From the NCBI RefSeq assembly GCF_006345805.1, contig NC_043013.1, positions 9,610,001-9,674,000 on the forward strand: a DNA stretch of 64,000 nucleotides, read 5' to 3'. Position 1 is the stretch's first letter. Each line of letters begins with the position of its first letter. A program made the position numbers and the translations under genes. Positions 62,531-64,000 of this stretch are shown piece after piece. The DNA is from Octopus sinensis. Lineage: Eukaryota. The notes under the pieces are model-generated. The model saw only the letters and a list, made by a program, of their open reading frames with translations, had not been told where the DNA came from and did no database searches.

Positions 62531-63003
62531 AAGAATGGTTTTATATGCTCTTTACAATGCACTGAGTCACCTTGTCCATTAAGTTTCATGTTTTATCTTT
62601 TACAATTTAACTCCACTCACATTTGTTCTTTTTTTTTTTACTATTTGTCTAAAAAAATGTTGCTTTAACTCCTTGAAGTGCTGTGGAACAGAATTCTAGA
62701 CTCTGCCTAAAATTAGTCATGCCAATTCACAGCTCTTTGTTTGTTTGTTTGTTTGTTTGTTTCTTTCTTTCTTCCTTCATTCCTTCATTCCTTTCTTCCT
62801 TCCTCCCTCCCTCCCCTCCCCCTCCCTTTCTTTTTTCTTTCTTTCATTCATTCATTCATTCATTCATTCATTCTTTCTTCTTCATTCCTTCCTTCCCCTT
62901 CCCTCCCTCCCACCTTCTTTCTTTCTTTTTCCCCCCCCTCTCTCTCTTCTCTATATATATATATATATACCCTTCTCATACACATGCACACACGCACATA
63001 TTA

Positions 63004-63038
<35 letters not shown>

Positions 63039-63073
63039 ATATTATATATATATACACATATACACACACAGAT

Positions 63074-63106
<33 letters not shown>

Positions 63107-64000
63107 CGAAGTAAGAAAGAGATGTATGTAGTAATGTTACGCATATGTATTTGTTTTGCAAGATTCTTGATGTGAATTCGTGTGTTGAAACAGATATTGT
63201 TATATTTGGGGATAATCTTTCTTTTCCTGTCAAATAAACACACGCACTATATATTGATTCTTCACATACACACAGATACAGACGCAAACGCATGCACAGA
63301 TATGGATACACACCACGGAAAGACAGAATGGTTAAACAGAACAGGGGAAGACACATTGGATGGAGAGTGGCTGAAGAGGTCACATCATGTGTGACGTAAG
63401 ATTGCCATGTAATGGACATGAAATAATAATAATGATAATAATAAACAAATGAAGAACGAATATATAGTGCGTGTATTTATTTGGCAAGAAAAATAAAATG
63501 ACGATCCCGAAATGTAACAATATGTATTAATGCGATTGATTTTATGTTAAGTAAATCTATGAAAACATATTTAACATTCAATTGAAGTTTTACTCACTAC
63601 TCTCTCGCAAAGTAGATATTTATTCACTTTTTCAAAGAAAAGGTTGATAGTGACTTTAATGTTTCGGCTTCCTCGTTTTCATCAGACTGTTTGAAAACCA
63701 GAGGTCACTGGCAACCTCTTTGTAAGAGTTAATGCGTTATGTGTCTATGTGTGTTTGTGTGTGTGAGTGTTATGTGTGTGTGTGTGCGTGTGGTTGGGAA
63801 GCAAGCTTCTTACCACACAGCCACGCCTGCGCCTATCGAAAATATAAATCGAGTGTAAATGTGTTTATGAAAAATTCAAACATTTTCACAATCTTTCCAA
63901 ATCCTGCTGCATTTCACATAAAATTTCTGGTCCTCCAAAGTTCCCTTGGTGTATAAGCTGCATTACCTTCTTTGAATGTAAATTTTGATCTGAAAAAAAA

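Noticed and set aside
63655-63695. Hammerhead-like CTGATGA..GAAAC on the minus strand
   Set aside because: Stem I, II and III pairings fail.

Overview
This is eukaryotic, AT-rich DNA dominated by microsatellites and SINEs. The repeat families and (TACA)/(TATC)/(TA)/(CA) load suggest a coleoid cephalopod, most likely Octopus (inference, not verified). It looks like intronic or intergenic sequence with one 100-N scaffold gap at 32778-32877. Almost all ORFs in the supplied track are translations of microsatellites or SINEs, and I cannot name any host gene. A few short plus-strand segments have good splice sites and are candidate exons (best: 26395-26477, then 8125-8186 and 27076-27119). The window has at least four tRNA-headed SINE families, called A-D here, and relics of mariner (DD34D), maT/DD37D-like, hAT-Charlie, pogo/Tigger, Penelope-like (GIY-YIG) and RTE/CR1-like elements. 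The most notable signal is SINE family D, a Pol III (A/B box) element carrying a complete minimal type I hammerhead ribozyme motif. It has 3 copies, with a compensatory change in stem II. At both of its loci it sits as a head-to-head inverted composite with a fold-back junction, flanked by a 12-13 bp target-site duplication. Other unexplained structure includes two long fold-back palindromes, four head-plus-headless SINE multimer arrays, a MITE with a 6-bp TSD and a telomere-like core, and a 123-bp local duplication. SINE boundaries are read by eye and are approximate to within about 10 bp.
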